Both the position numbers and the translations under genes were made by a program. DNA of 64,000 nucleotides. Source: Felis catus (taxonomy: Eukaryota). Below, piece by piece: positions 36,463 to 48,915 of the stretch (position 1 is its first letter; each line of letters opens with the position of its first letter). Where the stretch lies: assembly GCF_018350175.1 (NCBI RefSeq), contig NC_058368.1:138324001-138388000 (forward strand), given 5' to 3'. The notes below the pieces were generated by a model. That model saw only the letters and a program-made list of their open reading frames with translations. It was not told the DNA's origin and did no database searches.

Positions 36463-37984
36463 GATAGCGGGGTTGTTGAACAGAAGAGTGATTTAGAAGG
36501 GCCTGATGTTGAGACTGTTGCTCGATCCTTCTTTAGTAGAAAATATTTCGTTTCCATTTACTGGAAGCGATACATCCCAGTACTGGGGTTGAGTTTCACC
36601 ACAGTCATTAAAACAGGCTTGAGCATTCCACACGCTTGTGGTTAATGAGTGTTACACTTTGGTTGTTCTCTTTTCTGTCTTGTAATGTCCAGTCCTGCCG
36701 GTGTTGTATGTGCAAGGGAGGGGGTTGAGCGTGCTTTGGCCGCAATTTGTATCAGCATCAAATTGACTTAAGGAGTTAGCGTGGGTCAATAAATATCCTT
36801 GCGCATGTTTATTTCATTCTGTGTTCAAGTATGGCAATATTGACAGCGTGACTCAAAATGAATTATGATTTTAAAAGGATGGTTATGTCGTGAACATCGA
36901 TTATTTTCTTGTGTTTTTACAAACTGAACATAGACACATAACTTGGTATATATCAATACAACATAGTCACTCTCTCCAGATGATTAGTCCTCCACGGTAA
37001 GAATTTTCCAGATAACTGAAACTTACTAAAAACATATTTGTTTTAATCATTTAAATGAAAATCTTTTTTTTTTTTGAGCATAAAACCTATTTCTCTGACT
37101 TCTTCCTGCGATTCTCAACACAACCTAACCTTTTCTTGATAAATCAGAGGGTTAGACATCATCGTCCTTGTACTGATTGAAAACGGGCCTAAGTGTTACC
37201 GAGGTCCCTTCATTACGTGGCAACATCTTTGGAATTCTCATTTTTACAATATTCCTTATACCCTCCCTTGCTGTCGTGTTGATGTAACTTCCTGCTTCTA
37301 CCAGTGGGCCTGCTTCTTTGCTTCCTCCTTAAATCAGCTGTTCCTACTCAGAATGGGACGGAGAGACCAGATAACTAATCTTAGGGAACTTTTAAGGAAA
37401 GCATGAGTAAATAGACTCTGAGTGGGGCCTTCTTAGGAATAAAACACTTACATTTCAGTACATGGACTTTGTGAAATCCCTTTTGACTATTCCTCTAGCT
37501 TTTTGTGCTTGTTTTTGGTGTTTTCCTGAAATATTCTAGGTAGGAGACGTTGCAAGAAGTCTGACTTCTAGGTAATTGAGATGTCGCTGTAATCTTGAGA
37601 AAGCAATCTATCACATTAGCTTAGGTGGCTCTGTGTCTGTCAACTCTGACAGCAAAGGGTGCAATATTCTTCATCAGTCCTGCCCATTTGAATCCCTCCC
37701 CTGGTTCCCTAAGGGTATAACTTTGATGTCAACCACACGGTAGTCTGTTGTACATTGTAGACCCCTGGAATTCACCAGAGATCTATTGTAAGGCATTAGC
37801 GAATCCTCAAAATTGCAAATATTATTATTACATCAGAGTCTTGCCCACCCAATGCAATAAAATGTGGTAGAAAAATGTACGTGTTTCTTTAGACCTTCAA
37901 TGACTCTACATATAGGACTTGAGTTGCTTATAAAATCTGGTTTGCTTTCTTTTGGGGGCCATTTCTTAAAAAATAAACTAACTT

Positions 37985-38440
37985 TATTTTTTACTTTTTT
38001 AAATGTTTATTCATTTTTTTTTAATTTTTTTTCAACGTTTTTATTTATTTTTGGGACAGAGAGAGACAGAGCATGAACGGGGGAGGGGCAGAGAGAGAGG
38101 GAGACACAGAATCGGAAACAGGCTCCAGGCTCCGAGCCATCAGCCCAGAGCCTGATGCGGGGCTCGAACTCACGGACCGTGAGATCGTGACCTGGCTGAA
38201 GTCGGACGCTTAACTGACTGCGCCACCCAGGCGCCCCTGTTTATTCATTTTTGAGAGAGAGAGTGAAAGGGCGGGGTGGAGGGGAGGTGCAGAGAGAGAG
38301 GGAGATTCGGAATCTGAAGTAGGCTCCCAGCTTCGAGCTGTCAGCCCAGAGCCCGACGTGGGGCTCCAACCCACCAACTGTGAGATCATGACCTGACCCG
38401 AAGTGGGACACTTAATTGACCGAGCCACCCAGGTGCCCCC
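37985..38440 (-). mobile_element. Older CAN-SINE interrupted by a younger SINE
   Basis: Tail at 37985-38003 and body at 38238-38440 are separated by the inner SINE. Confidence 0.9.
38014..38237 (-). mobile_element. CAN-SINE SINEC_Fc nested in older SINE
   Basis: Full element; TSD TGTTTATTCATTTTT at 38004 and 38238. Confidence 0.96.
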
Positions 38441-38719
38441 AAAAAGAAATAAACTTATTAATTCACCATCACGACTGCATGGGCTGTGACGGAGAGAACT
38501 GAAACCCTGTTTTGGGGTAGATGCTTTGGATTATGCTGCTATTGAACAGTCAGCTAAGAGATTCCTTCCACATATCAGGCTCCCGCATAGAATGATTCAA
38601 GTTTGCACTTGGAAAAATATAATCGGTCATAGACCAAGGACTGCAATCTCAGATGCATGCAGGACCAGGTAAGTGAGCGATTATATTTACATTCATGAAT
38701 GCGCTCTGTTGGCATTCCC

Positions 38720-39130
38720 ATTCTTGTCTATTCTAAACATAGCTTTCTGGTTAGCACTTAGGGCAATTACCTCGAAGGGCTCTCTCACATGATATTCCAA
38801 CCCCCTTCTCCCTTGTCTTTCTAACCTCTAGAGGCTGAAACTTGATTTGCCAGTTTCCTTGCAACTCAGAGTAGACATGTGACAGAGTCCTGGCCAATGG
38901 GACACAAGCAGAAGTCTGTGGGAGGCTTGCCTTTTGCCCTTTATCCTTTTTTCTACCTGAAATGTGCAAAATGCTTTCCACCCATGAACATGAAAACTAC
39001 ACAAGAATGGTAAAACAGGACGATGAAAGGTGTCTGTGACTCTGACAGCTTTGTGGGGCACTAACCTTCCTACTTTAAGCTAGCGTTTTTTGAGTTTATA
39101 TCGTTTGCAGCTGAATGTATTCCTGACTGG
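38720..39130. mobile_element. Ancient MaLR/ERVL solo LTR (MLT1J/LTR16-like)
   Basis: CCAGTTTCCTTGCAACTCAGAGTAGACATGTGACAGAGTCCTGGCCAATGGGACACAAGCAGAAGTC and terminal TTTGCAGCTGAATGTATTCCTGACTG. Confidence 0.65.
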
Positions 39131-39279
39131 TTTGCAGATCATAGTTTTTATCATGTTTTATTTCATAATGGAACATTAAGCTGCGTTCTTTCACTCAGAC
39201 ATGCTTTTTCCTGTTACACACACAGTCATAGTCTTCCTTGATGCAAGAAATGCTCCCCCATCTTTAAAACACAAAACAT

Positions 39280-39498
39280 GGTGCGCCTGGGTGGCGCAGT
39301 CGGTTAAGCGTCCGACTTCAGCCAGGTCACGATCTCGCAGTCCGTGAGTTTGAGCCCCGCGTCAGGCTCTGGGCTGATGGCTCGGAGCCTGGAGCCTGTT
39401 TCCGATTCTGTGTCTCCCTCTCTCTCTGCCCCTCCCCCGTTCATGCTCTGTCTCTCTCTGTCCCAAAAATGAATGAACATTGAAAAAAAAATTTTTTT
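39280..39498 (+). mobile_element. CAN-SINE SINEC_Fc
   Basis: Full element; TSD AAACACAAAACA. Confidence 0.96.
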
Positions 39499-41199
39499 TA
39501 AACACAAAACAAAATATACCTCTCAGTCTATTTTTCTTTTCTGTTGTTTGAAAAAAATAATTTTAGCATTTTTTTTTTAAGTAGAAAGATAAATAAATGT
39601 TAGCTGCTGACTTCTGGGTAAATGCTGGGAAAAAAAGTAGGAAACGATGAGGACTGTGGAAAAATGGACGACTCACCCTCCATCTAAAGGGATCTTTGAA
39701 ATGGGAATATGGATCCAGCATTTTCTATATTTTCCAAAAGAGAAACATATTTCATTTTTTAAGAGAATCTCGAAATACATTTGTGATAGGTCTTATTTTT
39801 ACAAATTTCTTGGCAGCTAATTTATGAATTTTTAAACGCTCTGTGAGACAACATTGTGTCGGATAAGCTATACATGTATGCCTGAACAATTTGGCTGGAT
39901 GCCAGTTTGTATCTTGTATCATGGGGGAAGCTCACTAAAACTGCACACTGGAGAACACCAAGAGTCTGTCATGCTAACTTATATTATTTGTTATTATTTC
40001 ACAAAGATAAAATCTTATCTTTTCAACTCAATCGGAGGCAACCCGAAAGAAAGGAACAGCCTATATTTTTTTTCATATTCCTTAAGGTATCTTCCCTGTG
40101 GCTCTCTGGTGGGTCTTGGCAGGATATTTTCAAAGAAACGTGATACCCCGGTGCCCAACGCTGACATGCCTTTATAGAGTGTTAACAGAGGGCACAACAC
40201 CGTGAGAAACACAAAAGAGTGTGGGAAAAAACAAAAAGAAATAGAAGAAACTGTGGTAAATCCCTCCAGTCTAATGGAAGGGACCACACTCATGTGACCT
40301 AGTGATTCATGAGGAATGGCAACCACAGACTCAACCCGGGACAGGGGCGTTGCACAAATTGCATACATAGATCCTGAAAAAAACAGAAAAACAAAAAACA
40401 AAGAACAAAAACAGAGTTTATTGAGGAATGGGACACCTCTTTCCTAAAAGAATCTGAAAACGGAATGTCTTTTCTTAGACACAGTGAAAAATCATCTCTG
40501 CACGAATTGTTTATTTGTATACACATAGCGTGTTTCATGACAGGTTAGGTGAAAATGGAAAATGTGAATGCTGAGAATATGCCAGATATGTTTGTTAAAC
40601 ATTAAAGTGATTTCTATGATAATGAATGCATGCTTACCGAGCTGTGAACATTGCGAGTAAGATAAATTACCAAGTACCTTGGTGCGTTTAACAACTCGGG
40701 GGTGTTATCGGGGCTGGGAAATTAAATTTAATGTTGCACATAGAACATCCAGCCAAGCCCCCAAAGAATGTGGAACGAAAGCTAAGGGAGCCACGCGTCT
40801 TTAGAAAAATCCCCAAACTTGACCAACAACATGTGCTTGCTTGATTCCTCAAGTTTCAGCAGGCAGAGAGCCAAATTTTCTGAATTCATGTCATACCTGT
40901 GATGGTTTCCAAAACTAATAGCTCTTGCTTTTGTTTGGATGATATTGTCATGGATGATGTTATGACAAGAATAATGAGATGGGGCGAAAGCCAGAAAGGG
41001 ACAGGGCAGCTGTTGGAAGTCCAGAGTGGCGTTCAGCTGACCTCATCGGTAGGAAAGGTAAATAAAAGATTTGTGAGGTTCTTGTAGGTGGACCTATCTG
41101 GGCTGGGTGCTGTGGAGGGGGCCCAGAGAAACATAACGGATCTGTTTTTGTGCCCACCAAGGTGCCTACAACTCAGGCACTTTAAAAATTCAGAAGATT

Positions 41200-41390
41200 T
41201 GCTATGGAGGCAGATGCCTAGCTCAGATCTTGTCTCTGTGACATCACGTGTTAGGCTGTATGACCTTGGGCATATTAAACTTTTGAGCCTAAACTCAGTG
41301 TCCTCATCTGTGGTATGGGGCTAGTACCTCTTACTTTAGAGGATTGTTAGGAGGGCTCAGGGAGGCCGAGAGCTTAGTTGCCCGGTACAC
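41200..41390 (+). mobile_element. MIR SINE
   Basis: TAGGCTGTATGACCTTGGGCATATT...CTCAGTGTCCTCATCTGTGGTATGGGG. Confidence 0.75.
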
Positions 41391-42644
41391 AATCCCCCCC
41401 AGGTTACAGGCTGGCTGGTGTCTCGGTGTTACCACAGCTCAGCATTATGCAAAAGACCGCGTGAATTAAAGATGGTTCCTCCACAGTCGCCTTATTATCC
41501 AGCTCGATTGATACAAATCACATTTGGCCCAAAGGGTACCTTGACTGTTTGGTGAAGACACGCCTGATGGAGACCCTGGTGGGTCCAAAGCACGCCGTGG
41601 CCTGAAGTGGTTTTGTGTTTTTGGAGCCTAACACTGCATCTGCCCCTGGATAATGCGTGTTAACAGATGGTGCCCCTGGAAATTTAGACTAGAACCGATT
41701 AGGAGGGGTGTCGCCAGAGCCCCCAGACCCCTGAGTCCTAGAAGTGTGTAGTTGAGCGTGATTAAACACCATACAGTCTGAACACCTTATTTTATGGAGG
41801 AAGCCATCTGCTCTCCTCTGCTTATGCTCCATCACTCACGGCGGAGACTGCTGGCAGGAGCCGCAGCCTGGGGAGGGGTTGGCTCGTGTTGCACATCTTT
41901 GAGAACCGTTCTTCCTCGGCCCAAACCCTCCACTTCCACCTCTGCCACCTGGCATTTCCCTTGCTACTACTCTGTCTTGCAACTCCAGTTCCCACTGAGG
42001 GCAGAGCAGAGAAAATGAGAGATGGTGGGCTTTGTGCCGGGTTGAGCTGTTCCCTCGGGGTAGCGTAGCTGCCCATGAAGCCTGGGATGGGGTTGATAAG
42101 ATTGAGGCCAGAGGTAGACTGACAAACCAAGGTAATTTCTCTCGGATGTCACTGACAATACTGAGGCCCAGGGCTTAAAGACGATCGAACAAGCAAACAA
42201 CAAAGTCAACCTCCTTTAAGAGGGTGGGGAGAATGTGCGTGCAAGCTGGTGTTTCCTTTGGGATTGAGAGAAGCACCTGAAACCGTTAGTTGTCTTATTT
42301 GAGTCTGTGCCTCTCTAGCCTCTCGGTGCTTTCTAGCAAACAATTATGTCAGAAAATTTCATTAATTTTATGTCTTTGGGTAATTCCCTGACTGTAATTG
42401 GTTTTGAGAGTGTGGTGATTGCAGAGCCGCTGTGGGTAAGCGCACAAATGAAAACAGCCTTTTCTCAGTGTGAGGAAATGTAATTGAATGATGACTCCAA
42501 TTTTTAATAACCCCAGAACATTAATGCGCTGGGAATGCAACTATTGCTATTGGTTACAAGATAGCACATTACCCGAGCATGCATGAAGCCCCATGGTGAT
42601 GGAAAATGGAGACCATTGCATTTGCCCAGAAATGACAACAACAG

Positions 42645-42850
42645 TAATAACAACAGCTTATAATCTACTGAGCACTAGGTACCGTTCTAAAAATTTTTGT
42701 GTTTACTCATTGAATCCTCACAGCAATCCTTCAAGGTAGGTGCTATTGTAATCTGTTTTGTAAATGTGGAACCCAAGGCCCAGAGAAATTGGAAAATTTA
42801 CCTGACTTTCCATAGCTACGATATGGCGAAGCCAGTCAGAGAAATATTGC
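42645..42850 (-). mobile_element. MIR SINE
   Basis: CTACTGAGCAC...TACTCATTGAATCCTCACAGCAATCCTTCAAGGTAGGTGCTATTG...AAGGCCCAGAGAA. Confidence 0.75.
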
Positions 42851-42965
42851 CAGCCCCCGCCCCCTGCAATGATCATATATGATCATCATGGTGGTTTCCT
42901 ACCCACTTTCTTAACCATTTGGATGTTTATCTGGCTTTCCTCCCTTTCCATACACTTCCCATGTG

Positions 42966-43045
42966 TTAGGTTGTACCATATGAAATTACTATTTTTACAA
43001 GTAAAAAGATCATTGACTGTTCCAGTTTCAGATAGTTAAACCTAA
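42966..43045. mobile_element. MADE2-like Tc1/mariner MITE (80 bp)
   Basis: TTAGGTTGTACCATATGAAATT...AGTTTCAGATAGTTAAACCTAA imperfect terminal inverted repeats, 80 bp long. Confidence 0.8.
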
Positions 43046-45467
43046 TATGCCATGGTCCAGTGGTCATTCCTAGTTAATTTAGTGAAGACACTAGGCACAT
43101 TCCATTTTCCCTATCATGGTCATCTATTCAGGAGGAAGGCACATGATCAATGTAATCCAATTAAGACAGATCTCAGGACTCTTGCCTACAGTGTTGGGAT
43201 GGACATTGTTATGTGTAGATATAAGGTCCAGAACTCTTATAGCCATCTGGATAATAGCTTAACAATAGAAACTACCCATGGAGATTCCATATCTATCCAT
43301 AGTCGAGGGAAGCACGAAATGTAGACCCAGGACGCTGTTTGGGCCACACCTGATCGCTGATCTCCCTACTTTTTCATTTAGATGAGCCAATCAGTCCTCT
43401 TTTTTACAAGGCAACTGAGTTGGCAGCTGAGATGACTTTTGTTCCCAGCTGTAGTTCGGTCCTTTTTGAGTGGAAATTACCTTTTGCATTTGACATAAAT
43501 GGCAGTGAATCCAGATGAGAGGGAGTCTCCCACATGTCACATGCATGGGCGAAGGAGGCCTCCCACTGAATTCCAGCAGAGCCCCCACGGGCCCATTTAG
43601 TTTCCAAATGTTCGCTTCTTGCCCCAGAGTGTTTTGGAGGGGGCGACCTCCTTTCAGGTCAGGCATGCTTGCTTATCAGTCTGCAAAATGAGGTGTCACT
43701 CTCCACGAAAGAGGGTGGAGTGTCGTTAAGCCATCTCCAGCTCAGGCTTGGAACCTCCCTACAGGAATTGTGTTTTCCCAGCCAATGGTCAGTCACCCGT
43801 GCCGAACAAAGTGGCTCATGTAGACTCAGAGAGTTGCCAATAAGATAAGAAACTGCTATCAGATTTCACCCTTGGAAGTTCTTCCTCCCTTTTTTTTTCA
43901 GTTTAGGATTGATTCATCTTGAGTTTCAAGATAGGAGAAGGTGGGGGTCACGAGGAAATTTATGGGGCTACTTCCCAGGGCGATTTCCAACGTTCAGCCA
44001 TAAATATTTTCAAACGGGATAAAAGAAGTCACCCTATCACTACCAGCCTGCACACACATGGGCCCTGAGAAGGAGCAAAGCTGCCAGCAAGGGAGTATGG
44101 GAAGGCAACCTAACACTTTTCTTTCCTGTTTGCCCCCAGGGACGGAGGGAGGTGGGCGGATGGCTGCTGTTGAAAGTGCGGAGCACAACCCCCGCCCTCC
44201 CAATTTGTACTTAATCTCTCTAGACGTGTATGTTGTTTCATTGCCAGGCCCGGATCCGTGACAATCATTTCCATTTTCTCCCCATCTCCCTAGCAGTGCG
44301 CCACAAAGGAAAGACTTGCTGAGAGCCCATGAACTGTTTTTATTGAAACCCTGTTCTCCAGGGAGAGATTGAGGAAGCGATTCAAGCAACCTTATTCCAA
44401 AATAAAAATGTATCCTCCTACTCCATGACAGGAAATGCGAGAAAGAGAGACAGGCCCATAAAAAAAGCACTAGGGAAAAAAGAAAGTTTGCAAAAAGACT
44501 GGAACAAAAGAGAGATGTTAAGCAATTACGGGCCCAAGAGGCAAAAACAGCATGAGACTCAAAAAGGATTTTTTTTTTTTTTTTTTTGAGTCTACACACA
44601 ATACTGCATCACGCGGGACGCTGTTTAGGACATTACGCATTACATTTCAAATTTTCTAATTAAAAAGATTCATCAAGCTGTGTATAATAGCTTAGGGGAC
44701 TCCCTTATCTTTAACATTATACCTTAGGGGGGGGTGCTCCTGATGTCGTACTGCTCACGGTGTTTAGGAGAGCGTTTGGCAAAACCACCAGAAAGCTTTC
44801 AGGTGCGTCATATTTTGTTTGCGTAACACTTTAAGTTATGTCATACTATAATTTAGTGGCATCTAAATAAATCTGCTCATTAATGAGGCTGATTAAAAAA
44901 CAGACACAACATAACGGGGCTACGTCTCCAGACTGACTGTTGACCGCTTCCTACCCTGCCAGCCCCTAGTTTGGCTGAAGATTCCGATGTGGAAGTGAAC
45001 AGGAAGTGTGCCCTGCTGGGCTTTTTTTTTTTTTTTTTTTTTTAAGGTCTGCTTGGCTTGGACATTTGTTAGTGATGGCTAATCTCTCTCTCACTAGATC
45101 CTCTAGGCATTTCAGAACCTGTGGATTTAGTGAAGGTTTCACAGGATAAGTGCCTCCTGTATTTTGGGCACAGCTGCTTGGGGCTTCTGCCCTGCAGCGG
45201 GCTGGGCTAGGAGTAAACGCTTCGAATTTGCAGGTGCAGCACGTAAGGGCGCATTCGCTTTCCAAGAAACCCTTGTGCCGGCCTTGGTTTCCTTCTTCTG
45301 CTTTAGGAAGGCTGCTAAGCACCTTTTCCTCCTGTGAGGAGCGGGGGTTGAAGGTGAAATGGGGAGACGTGCCTCTCCTTCTGCCCCTCTTCGTGTCCAC
45401 CTGCTGGAAATGGAACTTGTATCAGCGAGTAGTGGTCACAGGGCAGGTGAAGGATTAAGGCCCCCTT

Positions 45468-45580
45468 GCTGGGTTGGTTGGGGAGGGAGGGATTGGTAGG
45501 GGCAGGTGGGGGGGAGAGGGGTAAATAGATACGGGGGGGGGTGTGGGTGGGTTGCATAGGGAGGGGTGGTGGAGTGGAAG
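45468..45580 (+). repeat. G-rich low-complexity tract
   Basis: More than 10 runs of GGG or longer. Confidence 0.85.
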
Positions 45581-46704
45581 GTGAGAATATGAGTACTATT
45601 GGATGATCTAAATGGCCCAATTTCTCTCTCAAGAAGCTTTCAGGCTTTTAGGAGGAAGAAGGCATGCCTTCCTGCAGGCATGTTTGAGTCAGAAAGAGCC
45701 TGAATTTTAAAAATAAAAACCGCTGCCTTGCTTAATATATTCACTCTTCTAACAAGCCACCAAGCAGCTATTGTACTCTCCCAGGCCAACGGACATATAT
45801 CTTGCCGAGACACATACATCCAAAGTCAGGATATTGTCTGGGAAACTTGAGACCGCAGCTTGTGCAGAAGCCGCCATCACTGCATAATTCCTTCCAGAAG
45901 AATAGAAACGCAGGCACAAGGCAGGAGCGCAGAGTCCCCAAAGGACACGTTGCCATTTATTTTCAGTGTGATTACTTTTCATTGCACACTGTGCAAGGGA
46001 CGCTTTTGAATGCGATCTTACTTGCTTTTCATGTCCCTTCATTTACTGCACCCCAAGAGACAGTCAAAGTCTCCAGGCCACACTCTGCAATAAAAACTCA
46101 GCAAGTTTGAAGGATACAGCGTGAAGCTTCCCAGACGGCCAGGAAGTTCTGCTGACGGTACTAAAATTCAGGAGCTTCATCTAGCATCCCAGGCAGGTGT
46201 GTTTATTCAGCAAAGGGGAAGCTGGAAATGTTTCCTTTGGGGATGGCTTCTCTTCTTCCTGTGCTCTAAGAGCTGGTGTATATTCCTCCTGGACTGCCTT
46301 GATCCCTGATTTGCCACTTCTGGATCTCAGACCAGTCTCTGGGGCTTTGTTTGGATTCTGGAGTTTACATGTCTCAGGATCTTTTGTACTGTTATGGGCA
46401 AGGATGAGCCCTTTCAGCAGGGGCCGAGGGCCCTTTATGAACTGTGATCGAAGATCAAAATCCTTCTCCACTCAGGGCTTTTCTTGGACTGTCCTTGAGT
46501 GCCCGATGACCCAAAACAGTCCTGCGTTGGTTCCTGATCAGTAAGTGCGAGACACCCTCTAAATGTATTCATCACAAAGTAGTATGTTTCCTCACCAAAA
46601 TAAACTCGCGGACCCAATCACAGATGAAGTGGTCCAGAAGTTTACTCCTCCTAACTGCGTGTTGCTGCAGATACTCTTCTTTTTTCAAGAATTTCTGAAT
46701 TCCT

Positions 46705-46926
46705 GGGGCGCCTAGGTGGCTCAGTCGGTGAAGCGTCCGACTTCAGCTCAGATCACGATCTCGCGGTCCGTGAATTCGAGCCCTGTGTCAGGCTCTGGGC
46801 TGACGGCTCAGAGCCTGGAGCCTCCTTCCGATTCTGTGTCTCCCTCTCTCTCTGCCCCTTCCCCGTTCATGCTCTGTCTCTCTCTGTCTCAAAAATAAAT
46901 TAAATGTTAAAAAAAATTTTTAAAAA
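46705..46926 (+). mobile_element. CAN-SINE (feliform)
   Basis: Full element; TSD AAGAATTTCTGA(A/G)TTC. Confidence 0.96.
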
Positions 46927-47088
46927 GAATTTCTGAGTTCTAGATCAAGGTCGCTTTGGTGTATTTTGGAAAGTGTCTCAGTTGTACCAAAACAGTGGTT
47001 CCTAAAACTTCCAAGTATTATAATCACCTGGAGGACTTGTTAGCGAGTCTTGCTGGACCCCTCTCCCAGAGTTTCTGATTGAGTAGTC

Positions 47089-47429
47089 TTTTTTTTTTTT
47101 TTTAATTTATTTTTTTATTTTTTATTTTTTTTTAATTTTATTTTTTTAATTATTTTTTATTTTTTTATTTTTTTATTTTTTTAAATTTTTTTAAATTTTT
47201 TTTATTATTATTTTTTTAATTTTTATTTATTTTTTATTTATTTTTGAGACAGAGAGAGACAGAGCATGAACAGGGGAGGGTCAGCGAGAGGGAGACACAG
47301 AATCTGAAACAGGCTCCAGGCTCTGAGCTGTCAGCACAGAGCCCGATGCAGGGCTCGAACTCACGGACCACAAGATCGTGACCTGAGCCAAAGTCGGCCG
47401 CTTGACCGACTGAGCCACCCAGGCACCCC
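47089..47429 (-). mobile_element. CAN-SINE with ~150-nt complex A-rich tail
   Basis: Full element; TSD TCTGATTGAGTAGTCTT at 47074 and 47430. Confidence 0.96.
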
Positions 47430-47483
47430 TCTGATTGAGTAGTCTTGGTTGGGGCCCAAGGATTTGCACTTCTAACTAGTTCC

Positions 47484-48174
47484 TGGGTTGGATGGGATCC
47501 TCTTAAAAGTCGTCTCCTTCCTGGGACCTCAGAATGGGACATTAGTTTAGAAGTTGGGACGTTACAGACGTAATTAGTTAAGATGAGGGTGTAGTGGGGT
47601 CGGGTGGACCATGAACTCAATGTGGCTGGTATTCTTTTTTTTTTTTTTTTTAATTTTTTTTTTTCAACGTTTATTTATTTTTTGGGACAGAGAGAGACAG
47701 AGCATGAATGGGGGAGGGGCAGAGAGAGAGGGAGACACAGAATCGGAAACAGGCTCCAGGCTCTGAGCCATCAGCCCAGAGCCTGACGCGGGGCTCGAAC
47801 TCACGGACCGCGAGATCGTGAGCTGGCTGAAGTCGGACGCTTAACCGACTGCGCCACCCAGGCGCCCCTAATGTGGCTGGTATTCTTGAAAGAAAAGAAG
47901 AGCCCCAGAGACTGAGACACGGGAGAGGAAGCCACGTGACAACAGAGGCAGAGATTCGAGCAATGAGTCTACAAGGACCGTCAGTAGTTGGCAGGCATCA
48001 CCACAAATTAAGAGAAAGACATGGAACAGATCTTCCCCTAGTACTTTCAGAGAGAGTGGTCCTGCTTCTACCTTGATTTTGGACTTCTAGCCTCTAGAAC
48101 TATGAGAGAGTAAATTTGTGTTGTTTTCAGCCGCCGGTTTGTGATTATCCATCTTGGCAGCCCCTTGGAAATGA
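47484..48174 (+). mobile_element. MLT1A/B/C-like MaLR solo LTR
   Basis: ACCTCAGAATGGGAC...CAGACGTAATTAGTTAAGATGAGG...CCTTGATTTTGGACTTCTAGCCTCTAGAACTATGAGAGAGTAAATTTGTGTTGTTTTCAGCC; flanked by GTTCC/GTCCC. Confidence 0.85.
47635..47868 (-). mobile_element. CAN-SINE SINEC_Fc inside the MLT1 LTR
   Basis: Full element; TSD AATGTGGCTGGTATTCTT at 47619 and 47870. Confidence 0.97.
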
Positions 48175-48559
48175 GTCCCAGAGATGCTGATGTCGCTGGC
48201 CCTGGAATCACACTTTGAGAAACATCGATCAAAATTACTCAGGTCCTCTCTGTCGTCAACTCCCAGTTCTCTTTACAATGTCCACCATAGTCTCTTTCTG
48301 CTACTCGCATCTGCCAGCGCCTGCTTAATTCCCTGAGAAGAATTTTCACCAGCTCTTGGTTCCCTCATCCTTCCCTGTTTCTTGTTCCTGATCTTTCCAC
48401 CCCCCTATAATCTGTGGGGCTCTCTTTAGCTAGATTGCGGTAAAATAGGATCTCTGACCTGCTCTCCTGACAGAGAATTGTGGCTCCTGAGGTTGGGTGT
48501 TCACACACTCTTGTAAGAAAGGGGTGTCGGTAGCAAGAAGCCGTTTCAAGAGACTTCAG

Positions 48560-48915
48560 GGAACCAGAGAGATGGGTGGGAGTGAGGGGATTTGGGCCTC
48601 AGGAAGACAAGCATTAAGAGGGATTTATCTGTCTTCAAATATATGAAGTGTTGCTGTGCATAGGATGCAGACAGCCTGCTTCCCCCTGCCCCCACCCCAT
48701 CCTAGAAGGGCCAAAGGAAAGCAGGCTTAGGAAGGAGGACTTCCAGTGGATAGAAAGAATTTTCTCAGGTTGAAGGTTTTAAGTCGTTGGAATGTCAAGG
48801 GAGAAGTTCAAGAGTAGACACCTCTTCATTAAATGGGATTTAGGTGGGGGCCCTTCCTGGAACCAGGGGAACGAAAGAGCTAGATTTCTGAGGTGACTTC
48901 TGATCCTCTAGTCTA
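48560..48915 (+). mobile_element. CR1/L3 LINE 3' fragment
   Basis: TTAAGAGGGATTTATCTGTCTTCAAATATATGAAG...AGAAAGAATTTTCT...TTTCTGAGGTGACTTC resemble the CR1 3' end. Confidence 0.55.

Larger units (their letters stand above)
46993..48227. mobile_element. MER5A-like hAT-Charlie element split into three pieces
   Basis: CAGTGGTTCCTAAAACTT...AATCACCTGGAGGACTTGTT...AGAGTTTCTGATT | GGGGCCCAAGGATTTGCACTTCTAAC | CCCAGAGATGCTGATG...CACACTTTGAGAAACA. Confidence 0.8.

Noticed and set aside
43994..44599. Longest ORF in the track (201 aa, minus strand)
   Set aside because: GTG start, begins in a homopolymer, no domain, no splice or poly(A) support
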